64,000 nt of DNA from an uncultured Planctomycetota bacterium. GTDB lineage: Bacteria > Planctomycetota > Planctomycetia > Isosphaerales > Isosphaeraceae. The DNA is taken from contig CAWGMQ010000005.1 of the NCBI GenBank assembly GCA_963823665.1, positions 1,376,001 to 1,440,000 on the forward strand. Reading direction: 5' to 3'. Of this stretch, positions 44,297 to 59,200 are shown piece by piece. Each line of letters begins with the position of its first letter. Position 1 is the first letter of the stretch. The notes below the pieces were generated by a model. It did no database searches. It had not been told where the DNA came from and saw only the letters and a program-made list of their open reading frames with translations. The position numbers and the translations under genes were made by a program.

Positions 44297-47200
44297 TCAC
44301 CTTGCGGTAAATGTTGCTCGGAACCGTGGGGCCTCCGCCCTCCTCGCGAACGACCGAAGGAGCTCGAATGGTCCGCCGATTCTATTGGACGCAATCGGAT
44401 CGATAACGATCCTCGGCCCGTTTATGGGCGCAGCCGCCCGTCCGCTCATTCCTGCCAATTCGACCACATCGATCGTCACGCTCTTCTTGGTCAATATGGC
44501 GACGGCGTTGCCCCCAGCCTGGCCGTTCTTGTCGCCGTCGATCAACCGGCCGTAGGTGTCCTGCAATCCCGACGCGCCCGTGCCTGAGACCACGAGCTGG
44601 ACCGGTTTCGCGAGCGTGAACGGGCTCTTCGGCGTCAGGGTCACCGCGTCGCTCGCGCTGGCATACATTGCGGACTTGAGCTTGATGATGCCGGCATTCT
44701 TCGCGGTGTACGAGCCCTTCTTGCCGGCAGTGGCCAGGCGGTAGATCGAGGTCTTGTCGGCTAGGGCGGCGTCGACGGCGCCGCTGAAGCTCACCACGAT
44801 CTCCTTGACCTGATGTTTCTTGTTCATCACCTCGGTGACACCGGTCATGGTCACGAGCGGTGGCGGTGGAGGGGGTGGTGGCGGTGGAGGGGGAGGCGGC
44901 GGCGGAGGTGGCGGAGGGGGATTGGTCACGACGACTCCGTCGACCACGACTTTAGGGGCGCTGATCAACCCGTTCAAGGTGATCTGGGGGCCGGTGCCAC
45001 TCTGGTTGTCGTAGTCGCCGGTAATCGTGATCGAAACCGCGGCCCGGATGGTGTTGCCGGCGTCCTGGGTGAAGTTGTCGCCGGCTTGCAGGAACACCGA
45101 GCCGGTGGTCGAATCGATCGACCCACCGCTCGCGACCATGTCGCCTCGGTCGGCGTCGTGAGTCGATGTCAAGGTGATGTTCCCCACCGCGTCGATACTC
45201 TTCGCGATCGTGATCGGGCTCATCGCGGTGATGTTGACAGTGCCCCCAGCTTGCAATCCGGAGGGAGCCGTGTTGGTGAGCACGCCGCCGATGGTCAAAG
45301 CACCGTCGTTCAGCAGCCAGATGCTGCCGGTGGTGGCCTGAGCCTGGATGTTTCCGACCTCGGTCATGAGCGGGGTGCGGGCTGAGCCGATGTTGTCGCC
45401 GGCGAACAAGTACACTCCGTCCGCTTGAATGTTCTCGTTATTCTGGCCGGCGGGGTTCCCATTCAGGATCGAGCCGGCGGCGCTCAGGTCGACGTCGCCG
45501 GTGGCCGAGAATGCGCTCTCGAGGTTCAGGTCGCCGTTCATCTCCGAGATACACACGCTCAGCTCGGCGTTCGCTTCTTCCAGCAGAGCGGTGGGTGCCA
45601 GGTCGATGGCGATCGGGTGCACGCTCGTGCCGATCCCGCCGCTATTGCCTCCTTCCAGGAATAGATTGCCGCCGGTGATGTTGATGCCCCCGGCCGGCTG
45701 GCCGTTCACGATGCCCGCGAGACCCAGGATGCGCACCACGCCGTCCGCATGCCCGCTCGAAACGCCACCTCCGGCGGTCACGACGTCGAGCGTGATCGGC
45801 AAGAGTGCACCCTGGTTCGCAACGTCCTGGCCGGAATCGAGGCAGATGTTCTGGCCGGCGGTCGCGTCCACGACACCGGTGTTTTCCAGGCTGATGCCCT
45901 TTTCAAGGTTGATGGTCAGCTCGACCGGATTAAAAGAAGGATCACTCGGCGACACCTGGACGAGAGTGTTGTTCGGACCGGCGTTGTAGAACGTGACGTC
46001 CGCGGGCTGCGCCGCCGCCAGGTCGAGGGCCTCTTGCTCGGGGAGCGCGGCCGTGATCGGCAACGGGATGGTGTCCTCGCCCGTGACCGTGCCGATGTTG
46101 CCGGAGACGACGAGCGCGACGTTCTTGCCCTCGAGGTTGGGATCGGGAATCGTCTGGACCGTCGACGGGAACAACACCGGCTCGACGATGCTGAGGCTCA
46201 TCGAGCTTTGTAACTGGCTCTGGGTCCACGCCGCCCGCTCCGCCTCGACGTCGACTTCCGAGAGGTAGTTGCCGGTGCCCGTGACGTTCGTGAGCTGGAT
46301 CGGGTCCGGCGGCGTGGCGGTCGCGTTCGCGAAGCTGGAGGCAAGGCCGATGAAAGCAGAGCTGCCCGTGTCGTTGGGGTCGACGATCACGTAGTAAGTA
46401 TCGCCGTCGGTCAAGCCGCCCACCGACCCGCCGCCCGAGTGGTAGACCACGGCCTGCGCCCGTGGTAAAGACGTTTTGAGGCAGATCGATCGACAAACCA
46501 GTCGGGGCCACTTGAGAAGCGCCAAACGTCTGGAAGATCTCGGAGAGAACGTTGTCGGTGCCGGTTACGGTTGAAAGCTCGATATAGGTCGGGTTCAGCC
46601 CGATTGAATTTGCATAGCTCGATGCGAGACCGATCTGGCTCGGATCTGAGCCGATGATCACGTAGTACGTGTCGCCGTCGGTCAGTCCGCTGACCGACCC
46701 GCCGTTGGCGTGGTACACAACGGCCTGTCCAGTCGTGTAGTCATTACCGGGCAGGCTGATCAATTCATTGAACTGAATGTTCCCCGGTCCGAAGGCCTCG
46801 TCGGAGCTGGCGAAAACATCCGAGAGGGAATTGCCGGTGCCGGTGACATTGGAAAGCTGGATCGGGTTCGCGTCCGTGGCATCCTCGTAGCTCGCGGCGA
46901 GGCTGATCTCGTTCGAATCGGCAGGGTCGACGATCGCGTAGTACGTGCTGCCATCGGTGAGCCCGCCGACCGTCCCGCCGTTGGCGTGGTAAACGATCGC
47001 TTGGCCGGTGACGTAGCCATTGCCGGCCAGGTCGATCAAGTAGCCGGTGGAATCGATGTCGGCCGGGCCGAACGTCAGGGACACGCTGCCACCAAGCGGA
47101 GTCTGATTGGCAAAGTACATGTAATTCGGATTGTAGCTGTTGCCCAGCTTGCCGAAGATCGCGTTGTAGCTGCGATATTCCTGGGTATCACCGTTGGCCA

Positions 47201-50200
47201 GCGTGGTGAGGGCGTTGTTCACGAACGCGGAGAGCGCGCTGCCGGAGAGCCCCTGCGAGGTGCCCTGGCTCGTGTAATACGTGGTCCAGGCAGCCAGTTG
47301 CCCGGGCGACAGCGTCACCTGGAAACTGGGGTCGAACACGTTGGGGTCGGGCTGTAGGTCGCGGAACATCCAGTAGGTTTGATACTCCTGATCGATCTCG
47401 TTTTCGTAGGCGCTGATGGTGTCCTCGACGCTGATCTGGGCCGTCGATTGCGTGGCCAGCATGCCCGTCCACTGCCCTTCGAGCTCGCTCAGGTTCTGGG
47501 TGTCGGGTACCGAGATATTGTTGGCATCGATTAGATTTCCGTCGGGAACTTCAACGCGGATGTTGCCCGTGGACGAGTCGATCTTGTCGACGCGCAAGTC
47601 TCCGCTCGACTGACGGACGAAGACGTCGCGGTCTGACGTCACCTCGAGGTTGTCGACGCTCGCGGTGCCGACGTCGACGACGATGGGGAGCGCATCGGCC
47701 GCAAGCGAGTCGGCCGTGCCGCCAGGGCCCAGGCTGCCGACGGAGCCGAACGACGCGGTCAGGTCGAGTGCCCCCCCTTCGACGAGACTGCCCGCATTGG
47801 CCGCGAGAATGCTCCCGTCCGCTGCCAGCGCGACGTTTCCGGTCGTCTGCGACGTGATGACCTGGCCGACCATGATCGAACCCGATTGGTCATCGATGTT
47901 GATGTTCCCGTCCGTCGAGGTCGCGTTCAACGTGCCCAGGACCGGGCTTGACGCGGTGCCGCTGTTGGTCAAATTGACGAGCAGCGGGGTAGTGCCGCCG
48001 ATGCCGGTCGCGGCGGTCAGAGTGATGTCGTTGCCGCCAACCGATCCACCTGCGTTCTCTTCCTGGATGCTGCCATCGGGGGCGCTCAAGCTCGTGAGTT
48101 CCGGCGGCGTTCTCTATCGGGCCATCGATCAGAAGGTCGCCCTCCGTGCTCACGGATACCTGTTGCTGCGTAGCGCCTGCGTCGTAGCCGGTGAAGGTGA
48201 TGTTGATCGGCCAGTCGGCCCGAATGCTGTTCGTGTTGATGTTCTTCTCCGGCGTGGTCGTGACCGTTGTTGTAGTAATAGGTCGTCACGCCGTACCAGG
48301 TCGAATCCTGTGACGATGTTGTGGTGGTCGTGGAAGTGCCGACGTTGATCTGCTGGAACGAGTACGTGTAATCAGCGGAGTCCAGGCCGGTGCCCGGGGC
48401 GACGCTTCGCCAAGCTCGCGTCGTTCGAGGCGTTATCGATCCACTCGCCGGCAAGCAACGGCTCGGACTTTCCGGCAGTCGTGGTCGTGCTGACCAGGTC
48501 GCTCGAGCCCAGATCGACGACCGAGATAAAGAGGATGTCTCGTAGTTATTGGTGACAGTCACCGAAACGGTCTTGCCCATCCTCCCAGACGAACCGCGCG
48601 GTGGCCGGCTGATAGCTCGCCGTGCGGGCGCCTGCGTTCGGGCCGGTAGTACTGCGCCGGCGGCGATACGACCGAAGCCACCGAGCCGTCGGGGTTGGCG
48701 TAATAGCTGTAGGTGTAGACCTGTCCGTTCTCGCGATAGTACTCCGTGACCAGGGGAAGGAATTCCGGGTGCAGTGGATTGGAGACGGACAGCTCTTCCT
48801 TGCCGGTGTCGGTGATCTTCAACAGGCCCGCGGTGCCCTGACCGGTCGATAGGCCGGAAGTGACCAGCGGATAATCGGTGTCGTTAATGACATTGATCGC
48901 TCCGTAGCCGTCCAGGACGTTGATGTTTCCGCTGCCGGTGGAGAGCATGTCGCCATAGAGCTCAACCAGCCCGCCCTGGACGTCAGTCTGCCCCAGGACG
49001 AGCTGGCCCGTCGGGGCTTCGTAGTAGACATCGATGTTGTCAGTCGGTGGCCTCAGGGAGCAAGAATTCCTTATAATCATTGGTGAACAAACCGTTTGAT
49101 GAGACGAAGGATTGTGCGTCTAGCAGATCTCCATTCTCGTAATCCTGGTACGCGGACACCGCGTCGCGAGATGGCGTCCGGCCATGCTCCCGTCAAACGT
49201 GCTCCCCGGGATGTCCGGGTTGTAAAGCGTCTGGAACGTGTCGTCGATCGTCACCTGCTGGTCGGGCTGGCCGCTCTGGATGGTGCCGTCGATGTTCAAG
49301 TACTGGGCGCTCACGAAGACGTCGTTGGCCACCATGATGTTGCCGGTGGCGGGTGCTCGCCAGAACGGCGGCGACCGCCTGCAGCAGCGAGGCGCCGCTG
49401 GAATTCCCAGTGCTGACAGGAGTCGCCCAGCGGCGGATTGGGATTGGCGGCGGCGGCATTGGCCTCGGTCAGGCTCGAGACGCTCGACCAGAGAGTAGAC
49501 GGGGTCGCCGCCGATGTTGTCGATCCCGGGGACGTAACTCTGGATGAAGCTCTCGCCGGCGTGGATGGTGACGCGTCCCGACGTCGATGTTTGCGTTGAC
49601 GACCACGTTACCCTGGCTCGTGACGGAGAGGACCGTCGGCGGGGCGGAGATGTTTCCGTTCAAGTCAATATCCGGGCGTGGTGAAATTGTCGCCTTCGAA
49701 ACCGGCGTTCGCAGGGTCGCTCGCGCTGTATGTGTTGGTGATCGTGATCGTGGGCGCCACGGAGGTGTTGGCAACCTGTATGGTAAACGACGGCGCCGTC
49801 TGGTTCTGATTGACGTCCTCCGATGCGCCGAGTTGCTCGTGACAGTATTCCCGTCGAAGAAGACGGTGCCGCCGGAGCTTTGCGGGATCGTGATCTGGCC
49901 GACGCTCAGGTAGGCAGGGCTGTTGTTGGTGATGGTGATGCTCACGTTGCCCGGCGCGATCAGGCTGCCGTCGCCCTCCAGGTTGTCGGCGTTCACGAAG
50001 ATGGTGCCGGCCTCGGCGAAGATGGGAGCGAGTTTGATGAATGGCACGGCGTCGATCGCACCGGCGTAGACGACGGTTCCGTCGGTCTGCGGTGTAGGCC
50101 AGGCCCAGTTGCGCCAGTTCGAACTCGACCTGCTGGATTTCGGACGTCATAGGCGCTCGACGGCGGCCGATGTCGCCCGCGTAGGCGACCACCAGGTTTT

Positions 50201-53200
50201 CCAGATTCGTCAGCTCGGTGGTCAGGTCGTTGACGAGGTTTTCCGTGTCCTGTGTGAACGAGATGGGGCCGCTCACCGTGTAATCGGTCGGGTTTGCCAG
50301 GATGTCCTTCTGGATCGTGAGCGACTGGATGTTGTCGATGCCGAGCTGGATCGTGCCATTGACGGTGACAGTGGTCGTGGTGTTCACGATGCCGGTGCCG
50401 GTATGAACGTCCGAGGAAACGCCGCTGCCGCCGAACAGGCTGGCCACGCCGCCGGCCACGGCTGTGAGCCAGTCCTTGCCGGTGCCGAACGCGTTGGTGA
50501 CCGCGTTGCCGTTTTGTTCGGCCATGAGGTTGGCGTTGCCGGCCGCCAGGAGCATCGCGCCGGAGCCGACGTTGACGGTATTGGTCTGGTCGACCTCGCA
50601 TTTCGAGACCAGCTCGAAGGCCGGGACGGCCGAGGCGTTGAGCTCGTACGCGTTCGATCCCGTGGTCAGATCGTTGAGATCGCCGTTCATATCGCCGCCG
50701 GCGATCAGGTTCAGGTTGCCCTGCGCCTGAACGAAGGCGCCCGATCCGACGTTGACGGCGTCGTTCTCGGCGATCGGTTGCTTCACCGTCGATCGAGCCT
50801 GGCGAAGCCAGGCCGTAGGTGTGGACCGTCGGCGCCACCGTGAGGTCGGCCGTGGTGCGAGTGTCGAGGTTGACGTCGCCCACCGTGTAAATGGTGGCAT
50901 CCGGGCCGATCTGGGCAGTCGCGTCGTTGGTTCCCGCGTCAATGGTCGAGGTCGCGTCGGAGCCGTCGATCACGCCGCCGGTATCGAGGTCCACGGTGTC
51001 GGAGCCATCGACGTTGTTCAAGGCGTACAGCTCGAAGAGGCCCGGGTTTGTGATGCTGCCGGTGACGTTGATATTGGCGCTTGCGCCCACATCTGCCGTG
51101 GTGTCATTGGCGATGGTCGTCGTGCTCTGGGCGGCGTTGCCCTTGCAGCACGCCTCCTGACCCGGCACTGACGTTGTTCTGGCCCGCCGGCACCAGGTTT
51201 TTCTCGGTCGTGTTCGTCGCCAGGACCTGGAGGCTCTGGGTGACGATCTGAGCGAAGTTGCCGATGTGGGCGTTCACCGTGGAGCTGTCGGTGTTGTTGG
51301 CCCACGAGCCGCTGAAGCCCGACGGCATCGGCCTGGGTCGTATCGGTCTGGCTGTCGAACTGGGCGGTGTGCAGTGCACTGATCGAGAGGCTGGAGACAT
51401 CGAGGCTCGTCCCCGGTCCGGTGTTATCGGCGATGGAGGCGGAGGTGCCGCCCCCGGTGTTGGTGTTTGCCATGGCGGCGGCGCCGGCGACCACGCCGCC
51501 GCTGCCGGCGACCGCCTGGGCGAAGTTGATGTCGTCGCCGTTCGGCAGTGATCGAGAGCGTCGGGCCGCCGCTCTGTTGGTATTCAACCGGCTCGCCGAG
51601 ATAGAAGCTGTTGGGCCCGACGTCGATGTAGCTCGTGCCGCCGCTCTGCGATAGGGCCGTCGCCGGATCGAAGGCAACGGGCGCGGCACCGACCAGATCG
51701 ACGGGGGTCAGGAGGTGGTCGCCGACCGAGAACTCCGGCTGGGAAAGCGCGATCGTGACGGCGCCGCTGCCGGGCTGCGGGAAGGTGCCGCCGGAGGTCA
51801 TGAGCGCGTTCTGAGACGAGCTTGCCAGGCTGATCAAGCTCGGGATTGGACGGATCAGGGACGACGTAGTAGATCGTCCCGTCCTGGAGATTGCCGATCG
51901 GATCGCCTGCGCTCGACGGAGACGTCGGTGCCCACCGTTGCGGTCGTCTCTGCGCTCGACTCGGCGGTCGCCGTGTTGGAGCCGGCCGCGATGATCCCGC
52001 CAAAGTCGCTGGTGCCAAGCGCGGTACTGGTCGGTATAGCTGTCCGCCTCGATGTTAACCGCATTCGAGATGTAGAGCGTCGTATTGTTGGCAATCGAAG
52101 TGGTGACGGTCCCGGAGTCGTTCGCGGTGCTCGAGGTGGCCGTGGCGCCGTACAAGGCGCCGGCCGACCCACTGGCGCTGGCGCTCGCGGTGTCGGTGTT
52201 GTTGGTCGGAAATGCCGCTGCGCTCTGGATCGAAGAAAAATCTCCGACGGAGCCCTCTTCGACTTGGGGGCCGGGAGGTAGTTCGCCACGCCCACGTCCA
52301 GGGTTGCGCCGATGATCGTGGTGCCGGCTCCGCCGGCTGTCGCGGTGACCATCGGCGAGTCGGTCGCATTGGCGACGGATGCGCCGACGCCAAGTTCGCC
52401 CGCGGACACGCCGGTGACGTCTGCGGTGGCCAGGGGCGTCACGTTCGCGAGGACGGAGACCTCGTTGACCGCATCGATCTGACTGCCGCTGCCGGTGCGT
52501 GGCGGTGATCGTCGGGTCGATGGTGGCTGTGCCGTCTGCGCCGTCGCCCGAGACGATTCCGCCCGAGGCCGCGGTGGAGTCGGCCGTCGCGTCGTCGACG
52601 CCGCTGGCGGCGATCGACACGTCGTCGCCGCTGGTCAGGTTGACGTTTGCATCCGAATGGGCATCGGTCGTGCCGGCGTCGGTGGCGGTGGCGATGCTGA
52701 CGCCGACGCCGACGACCCCCAGCCCCGCGCCGATCGCCTGCGCAAGGGCGGTGTCATTCGACGTCGCGTCGAGCGAGACGTCGTCCCCGGCGGTGAGCGA
52801 GGCACCCGTGGCGACACCGGCGTCGACAGTGGCCGATGCCGTCGACGTCGCATCCGAGCCCGCAGCGCCGACCAGGATCGCTCCCGCGCCGGAACCGGCC
52901 ATCGCGTCGGCCCCGTCCCCATCATTCTGATACTGCTGGGCCGTGACGGAGATGTCGTCGCCCGCCTGGAGCTGGGCGCCGGCGTCGACCTCAGCCGAGA
53001 TCGTGGGAGACACGTCGGCATTGGCGATGGACGCTCCCAGCGACGCGCCCGCCGAAACGGCAACGCCGTATGCGCTCGCCGACGCTTCGTCGCCGGCATC
53101 GGCATCAACGTCGATCTCTCCGGTGACGTCGATGTTGCCGGTGATCGAAGCCAGCGACGCTGGGATTGGTCGCGGCGCTGGCGTACACGCCCGTCGCACC

Positions 53201-56200
53201 GTTGCATCCGGCCGCGACGCCGTACGACTCGGCCGTGGTTGTGTCATAGGAGTCGGCACTCGAGGTCGACGTCGTCGACGGTTCCCGTCTGGCCGATCTT
53301 GACGCCGGAGTCGATGCCGGCGGATGCACCGCCGGTGGCATTGGCGATTGCGACGCCCACCCCGGCCGCGACTCCCCCGACATCGCCGCCCAGCGCCTGG
53401 GCCGTCAGCGAGCGAGACAAGTCAGCCGTGATAAATACCTCGCGGCGCCTGCGGGATCGTCACCCCGCTGTCGAGGGTGGCCGATACGGTGCTGCCGTCC
53501 TGGATGTCGACGACCTGGGCGCCCAAGCCGACAGTTCCCGCCGTGCCGGCGTAGGCGGTGCCACTCGAATTGTCGTCGAACTCGGCGTCGACAATCACGG
53601 TGTTGCCGGCGGTCACCGACGCAGTTCTGGTCGATGTACGACTGTGTATTTCCATCGATGTTGGCGATCTCGACCGATCCGCCGATGCCGACCGCCCCGG
53701 CCGACAGGCCGCCCACCATGCCGGTGTAGTTGAGCCGGTCCAGAGCGGTCGACGGTGACGACGCCCCCCGCAGTGACGCTGACACCGGAACCGATGAACG
53801 CCACCGTGCCCTGCGGCACCGCCGTGCTGTCGACCGCGGTCGCGACGGGGTCACCGGTAATCGAGCCGCGCGAGCCCGCTCTGGGCCGAGCTGATGTTGC
53901 CGCTGATATCCTGCGTGTTGCCGGCCGCGCCGTTATTGTTCGGGTCGGTCAGCGAGCCGATCAAAGCGGACGCCGCTCCGGTCTGGCCTTCCGCGTTCGT
54001 GCTGGAGCCGGAGAGCCCGTTGTTCGGCAGGGCTTGAACCGTGCCGTCGCTCGCGTTGCCGTCGGTATAGCCGGCGCTGTAGGGGTCGCCGATCGACCAG
54101 ACCGATACCGACCCGACCAGTCCCACGATTCCAGCGGCGGCACCAGGGCGTAGGTCTGTACGCTGTCATCAGACAGCGCGTTGATGGCGACGTAGTCCGT
54201 TGCATGGACGTCGGCGCCGTTGCCGAGGTAAGCCTGGGTCGAATTGTTCAAGAGGCCGACGTCGACGCCGCCGGCGATCCCGGCGATACCTCCGCCCAGC
54301 CCGCCCGCGAATGAGAAATTGGTGGCCTGGTTGACCGCCGACACGTTGACGGCCTGGTTCGAGCTGGCCCCGCTCGAGCTGGCGTTCAACCGCGCGTCAT
54401 TGCCGACGTACGCCTGCGTGTCGGAGTTGAAGATCTCGACCGACACGCCGCCGGCCAAGCCAGCGAAGAAGCCGGCCGCACCCGCCGCCGCGACATTGGT
54501 GACGTTCTCACTAGTGGCCGCCTGGACCGCGACACCGTAGAACTCCGGGTCAGTTCCGAAGGGCGACCCGTCGTAAGCCCCATCAAAAATGCCTGGAAGG
54601 CTGGAGCCGTTCCCCAGGGCATTGACTGTCGCGTGGCTGCCGATGAACGCCTCGGTGTCCTTGTTCAGGAGAGCAATACCGACCGCCCCGCCTACGCCCG
54701 CACCAGCAGCTCCGACGGAGAGGCTGCCGGTGATCAGGTAGGCAACGGTGTCGTCGGTGGCGTCGACCAGGACGCTGCCGCTGGCGTTGGCTTGTGCGCC
54801 AGCGGAGTCACTCGTCGCGTTATCGCCGATATACGCCCAGGTCGTATCGTTCACGCCGACGTATGAGACCGAACCGCCGACTGCGGCGGTGCCGGCGACC
54901 GCGCCGGCGGCGGCGATCGACAGGACGTCGCCGCTTGAGTGCGCCTCGACCTCGATATTGCCAAGGGCCGTTACCAAAGCGCCGTCGTCGATCGCGGCGG
55001 TGGTCGTGTTGTTGATCACCACCACGACGACCCCCGGCGTGATGCTGGCCGTGCCCGAGATCGAGAGTGCGGCGGCAATCCCCAGGAACGAAGCATCGTT
55101 GCCGGCCGCGACCAGGACCGACTGGCCGGCGCCGGCGCCGCTGTTGCTCGCGTTGATGGCAGCACCTGAGCCGATGTATGCGTCGGTGTGGTTGGTCAGC
55201 ACGGCGACCGAGCCGCTCAAGTTCACGGCGACGGTCCCAGAAACGCCGCCGTCGACTCCGACGCCCTGCAAGGCGTCGGAGTTCACGGCCGTGACCGCCA
55301 GCCCGGCGACCGGCTGCGTCGCGGGCGTGGCGATCCGTTCCTGGTCGAGTCTGGGGCTGGTCAGATTATTGCCCGAGCCGGTCAGGTCGGCACTGATCGG
55401 CTTGGGCTGGGCCACGCCGACCGATGAGGTGTAGGGGGCGTATGAGATGTCAAACTGGCCGTTGTCGGCTTCGATCCCGTTGCCCAATCCCAGGGCGCCG
55501 ACGTGGGCACCGGCCCCGATGAAGGCTTCGGTCGTCTTGGTGATGACCGGTACTCCCGCCGCCGCCCCGACGCTTGCCGTGCCCGAGCCGGAAAAGTTGC
55601 CCGACAGGATGTTGAGCACGGTTTGCTCCGACGCCGCGACCAGGATGTTCCCGCTCGCCTGAACGGTCGTGGCGCCTGAGGTCGGGTTGTCGGGGTCGTC
55701 GCCGATGAACGCCCGCGTGGTGATTCCCAGGACGTAAACTCCAGCCGAGCCGGCGATCGCGACGGTGCCGCTGATCCCAACCGCCCCGGTGACCGAGGTC
55801 AGGTTCTCGGCCGATGTGGCCTGGACAAGGATGTCGCCGTCGGCTGTGACCGTCGACGTTGCAATATATGCCTGTGTGTTCTTGGTGATCGAGTCGATGT
55901 CGACGCCTGCGCCCAAGCCGGCGTCGGCGCCTCCGGCGAGCGCACCGGCCGTGGAGAGGAGAGTGAGCAGGTCGGCCGCCGTGACCATCACGCCCGGGCC
56001 CGCTTCCCGGCGAACCGCCCGTTGCCGTGATGTTCGCCCCCGGCAGGACGTAGGCCAGCGTGGTGTACTTGAGATCGTTCACCGCAGCCGAGCCGGCGAT
56101 GGCCGCCGCCAGCGAGGCCGAGCCGCCCACGGCGGTCGTCTGCAAGTTCTGGAACGCCGTCGCCGTGACCGCTGCCCCGCTGAATGACGTCGTGTCGCCC

Positions 56201-59200
56201 GGCGAGTTGCCGGTGAGCACCTGGATTGCGGCCGTGGTTCCCGCCACCTTGATCGTGTCGTTGACCCCGATGTATGCATCGGTGTTCTCGGTATCGACAA
56301 CCGTCGAGACCGCGGCGCCCACGCTGGCATTGCCGCCCACGTCGAGCTGCCCGGCGAGCGTGGTCACCGCCGACTGATGGTTCGCCTGGACGAGCAGGCT
56401 GCCCTGGGCGTCGACCGTCGTATCGTGGTCGATGAACGCGCTCGTCGTGAGCGACAATTCCTCGATCGAGGCCGCGCCGGCGATGCCCACTGACTCGCCC
56501 AGCCCCGCCGCCGCGCGTGACCGAGTTGAAGGTTCCGTTCGTGTCCGACTCCACCGCCACGTTCTGGGACGCGTCGACGGTTGCCATGATTGGAGATATA
56601 GGCCTGCGTGTCTTCGGTGACGATGTTGACGTCGAGCGCCGCACCGACTCCGACGTTCAGACCGCCACCGACCCCGCCGGCCCAGTCGGTGATCGTCATG
56701 GTGTCGGATGCCGACACGGTCACCCCTTCGTCGGAATTGGCGCTCGGGTAAGTCGCCGTTCCGGTCAAGGTGTTGAGCAACACGTTATTGTTGATGTAGG
56801 CTGTCGTCGTCTCAGTGATCACGTTGACGATGAACGAGCCGGCGACCCCCGTGCCGCCTGACGCGGCGCCGGCACCTGCGGCGAACGCCGTCGGATGGAG
56901 CCCCGAGATATCCGGGATGCCGAATGAAGACGGGATGCTGTCCGCCGACGGTGTAAACGACGACTCGGCCGTGACCTGAGTTCCGTCGGCCACATTCGCC
57001 TGGACGTTCGCATCGATATAACGAGAGCGTCGTGTCGTTCACGACGTTGACGGCGACGGCGGCCCCCGCCCCTGTACTCGCCCCGACACCGAGGGTGAAG
57101 GCGATGTTCTGGAGCGTGTTGTCGCTCGACGATTCGACGGCGAGCGCGCCGAATGACTTGAGCTGGGTGCCGGCGCCGATGGAGGCCTGCGTGTTCACGG
57201 TGATGACGTTGATACCGACCGAGCCCGCGACCCCGACCTGCTTCCCGTTCGCGACTCCCAGCCCCTGCGACGTGAAGTCGTTCACCTTGCCGCTCGTTTC
57301 GAGTGCTGTCACATTCACACCATGCAGCGGAGATGACGTCGGAGGAGCCGATCGTGGCATCGTTGGTCACGTTGGCGACATTCAATGACACGGCGGCGCC
57401 GATGGAATCCTGGTTGGTCTCTGCCTGGCCGTTCGCCAGGGCGTTGGCGCTCGTCTGGTTGGTGGTTCCGGCCGTCAGCATTCCCCCGGACGTGACGGTC
57501 ACACCGTCGTCGATCGAGGCGACCGTGCTGGTCGTGATCACGTTGACCGAGACGGCCGCGGCGACACCCACTTGCGATTGGCCTTTGGCCCCGCCGGAGG
57601 CGCTGCTGGCCTTGCTGCCCGGCGAGGTCAACTGGCTGTTCGATGACGGTGGCGCCGCGACGTTGGGTGCATTCGATCCGCTTTCAGACAAGCCGAAAAC
57701 CGCTTGATTGGCCGTCTCCTGGTCCGCCGTCCCGTTGCTCCCGGTGGTCTTGGAGCTGGAGGAGGGCGCGCCGTTCTCACTGGCCTTGGCGGTGGCCTGG
57801 CTCGACGCAGTGGCGGTCGCGGTGATCGAGACGGCGCCTGAGGCCGTCACGTTGCGGTCCAGATCGGCCAGGAACGAATCTTGCACGTCATTGACGACTA
57901 CAGTGGCCCCTACCCCGACGCTTCCGCCCTGGTCGGCGGCGTCGGCATCGGCCTGCGAAACCACCGTGAACGACCCGCTGGATCCGATCGTGACTGCACC
58001 GGTGGCATCAAGCGTCTGGGTGTCCGAGCCGATGCGGGCAGTCGTCTGGTCGCTCGCGATCACAATCGCGATGCCCGCGCCGACGGCCACCGAGCCGGCC
58101 GCCCCGTTTTTCGCCGTGGTCGTGATCGTGTGGGGCGAGCTCGCGGTCACCGTCACGGCGCCGGCACCCGTCAGGCCCGCGCCGTCCTGCGACCTCTGAG
58201 TCCGTGGTGTCCGAAATGACGTTCAGGGCCAGCGAACCGCCAACGCCTACGCTGGAGGCCGAGGCGCCGCTGTTGGTCGCTGGCACGGCCGTCGCGGTGT
58301 CGGCCGCGTTGTTCGCCGAGGTCAACGAGACGTTTCCGCGGCCGGCGGAGACCGAGGCGCCGGTCTCGATCAGGGCTTGACTGGTGTCGCTCACGATGTT
58401 GATCGCGACCGAGCCGGCCACGCCCACGGTCGCCTTTTTGCCACCGGCTCCGGAGGTCGCCGAGGCGGTGAACGCATTCATTGGAGTGCCAGAGCCCGTC
58501 ATTCCCGCATTGATCGACACGCCCTGGGCGTTGATCGTCGTCGGCTCTCCGCTGGCTGACTGGATCGTCGCCTCGTCCGATGCACTCACCAGGTTCAAGG
58601 CCACTGCCGCCCCGACGCCGATCTGATCCGTCCCCGACGAGTTGCCGCTCGCGGTCGAGGTGGCGCTCGTGGTGTTGGTGGCGCTGAGTCGAGAGCGCGC
58701 CGCCCGTCGACGTGATGGTCAGACCGCTGGGAATCGTGGCATCGGCCTCGCTGTCGGCGATGTTGACGCTGACGGCCGCCGCCACGCTGACCTGGCCGTC
58801 GGAGGTGCTGGCCGAGGGAGTATTCGCAGCGCCGCTCGAGTTGCCGGCGCCAACGGAAGGCATCGCATTGCTTTCCGTGTTGGCGTAGTTTCGCTGCGCC
58901 GTGTTCTGGCTGTCGATGTTGTTGCCGTTCGTGTCTTTACCATCATTCTTGCCGTCGTCGTTATTTCCTCCGGCGGCGCTGGCCTTCGCGCTGGCCGCGC
59001 TCGAGCCTGCGGCGGTGGCCACGAAGGATATGGCGCCGCCTGCGGTGATGTTGCTGGCGGTGGTGGCGATGGTCGAGTCGGTAGCGATCGTGATGGCCAC
59101 CGAGGCGCCGATCGCCGCGCTCGAGCCGGCCGCAGTGCCGCCGGCAGTGTTCGTGGTCGAGCCGGTGTGCGTGGCCGTCGCCGACAGCGCGCCGCTCAGG

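Noticed and set aside
44859..44921. G-rich microsatellite or poly-Gly ORF
   Set aside because: It is the antisense of the poly-proline linker of the giant protein
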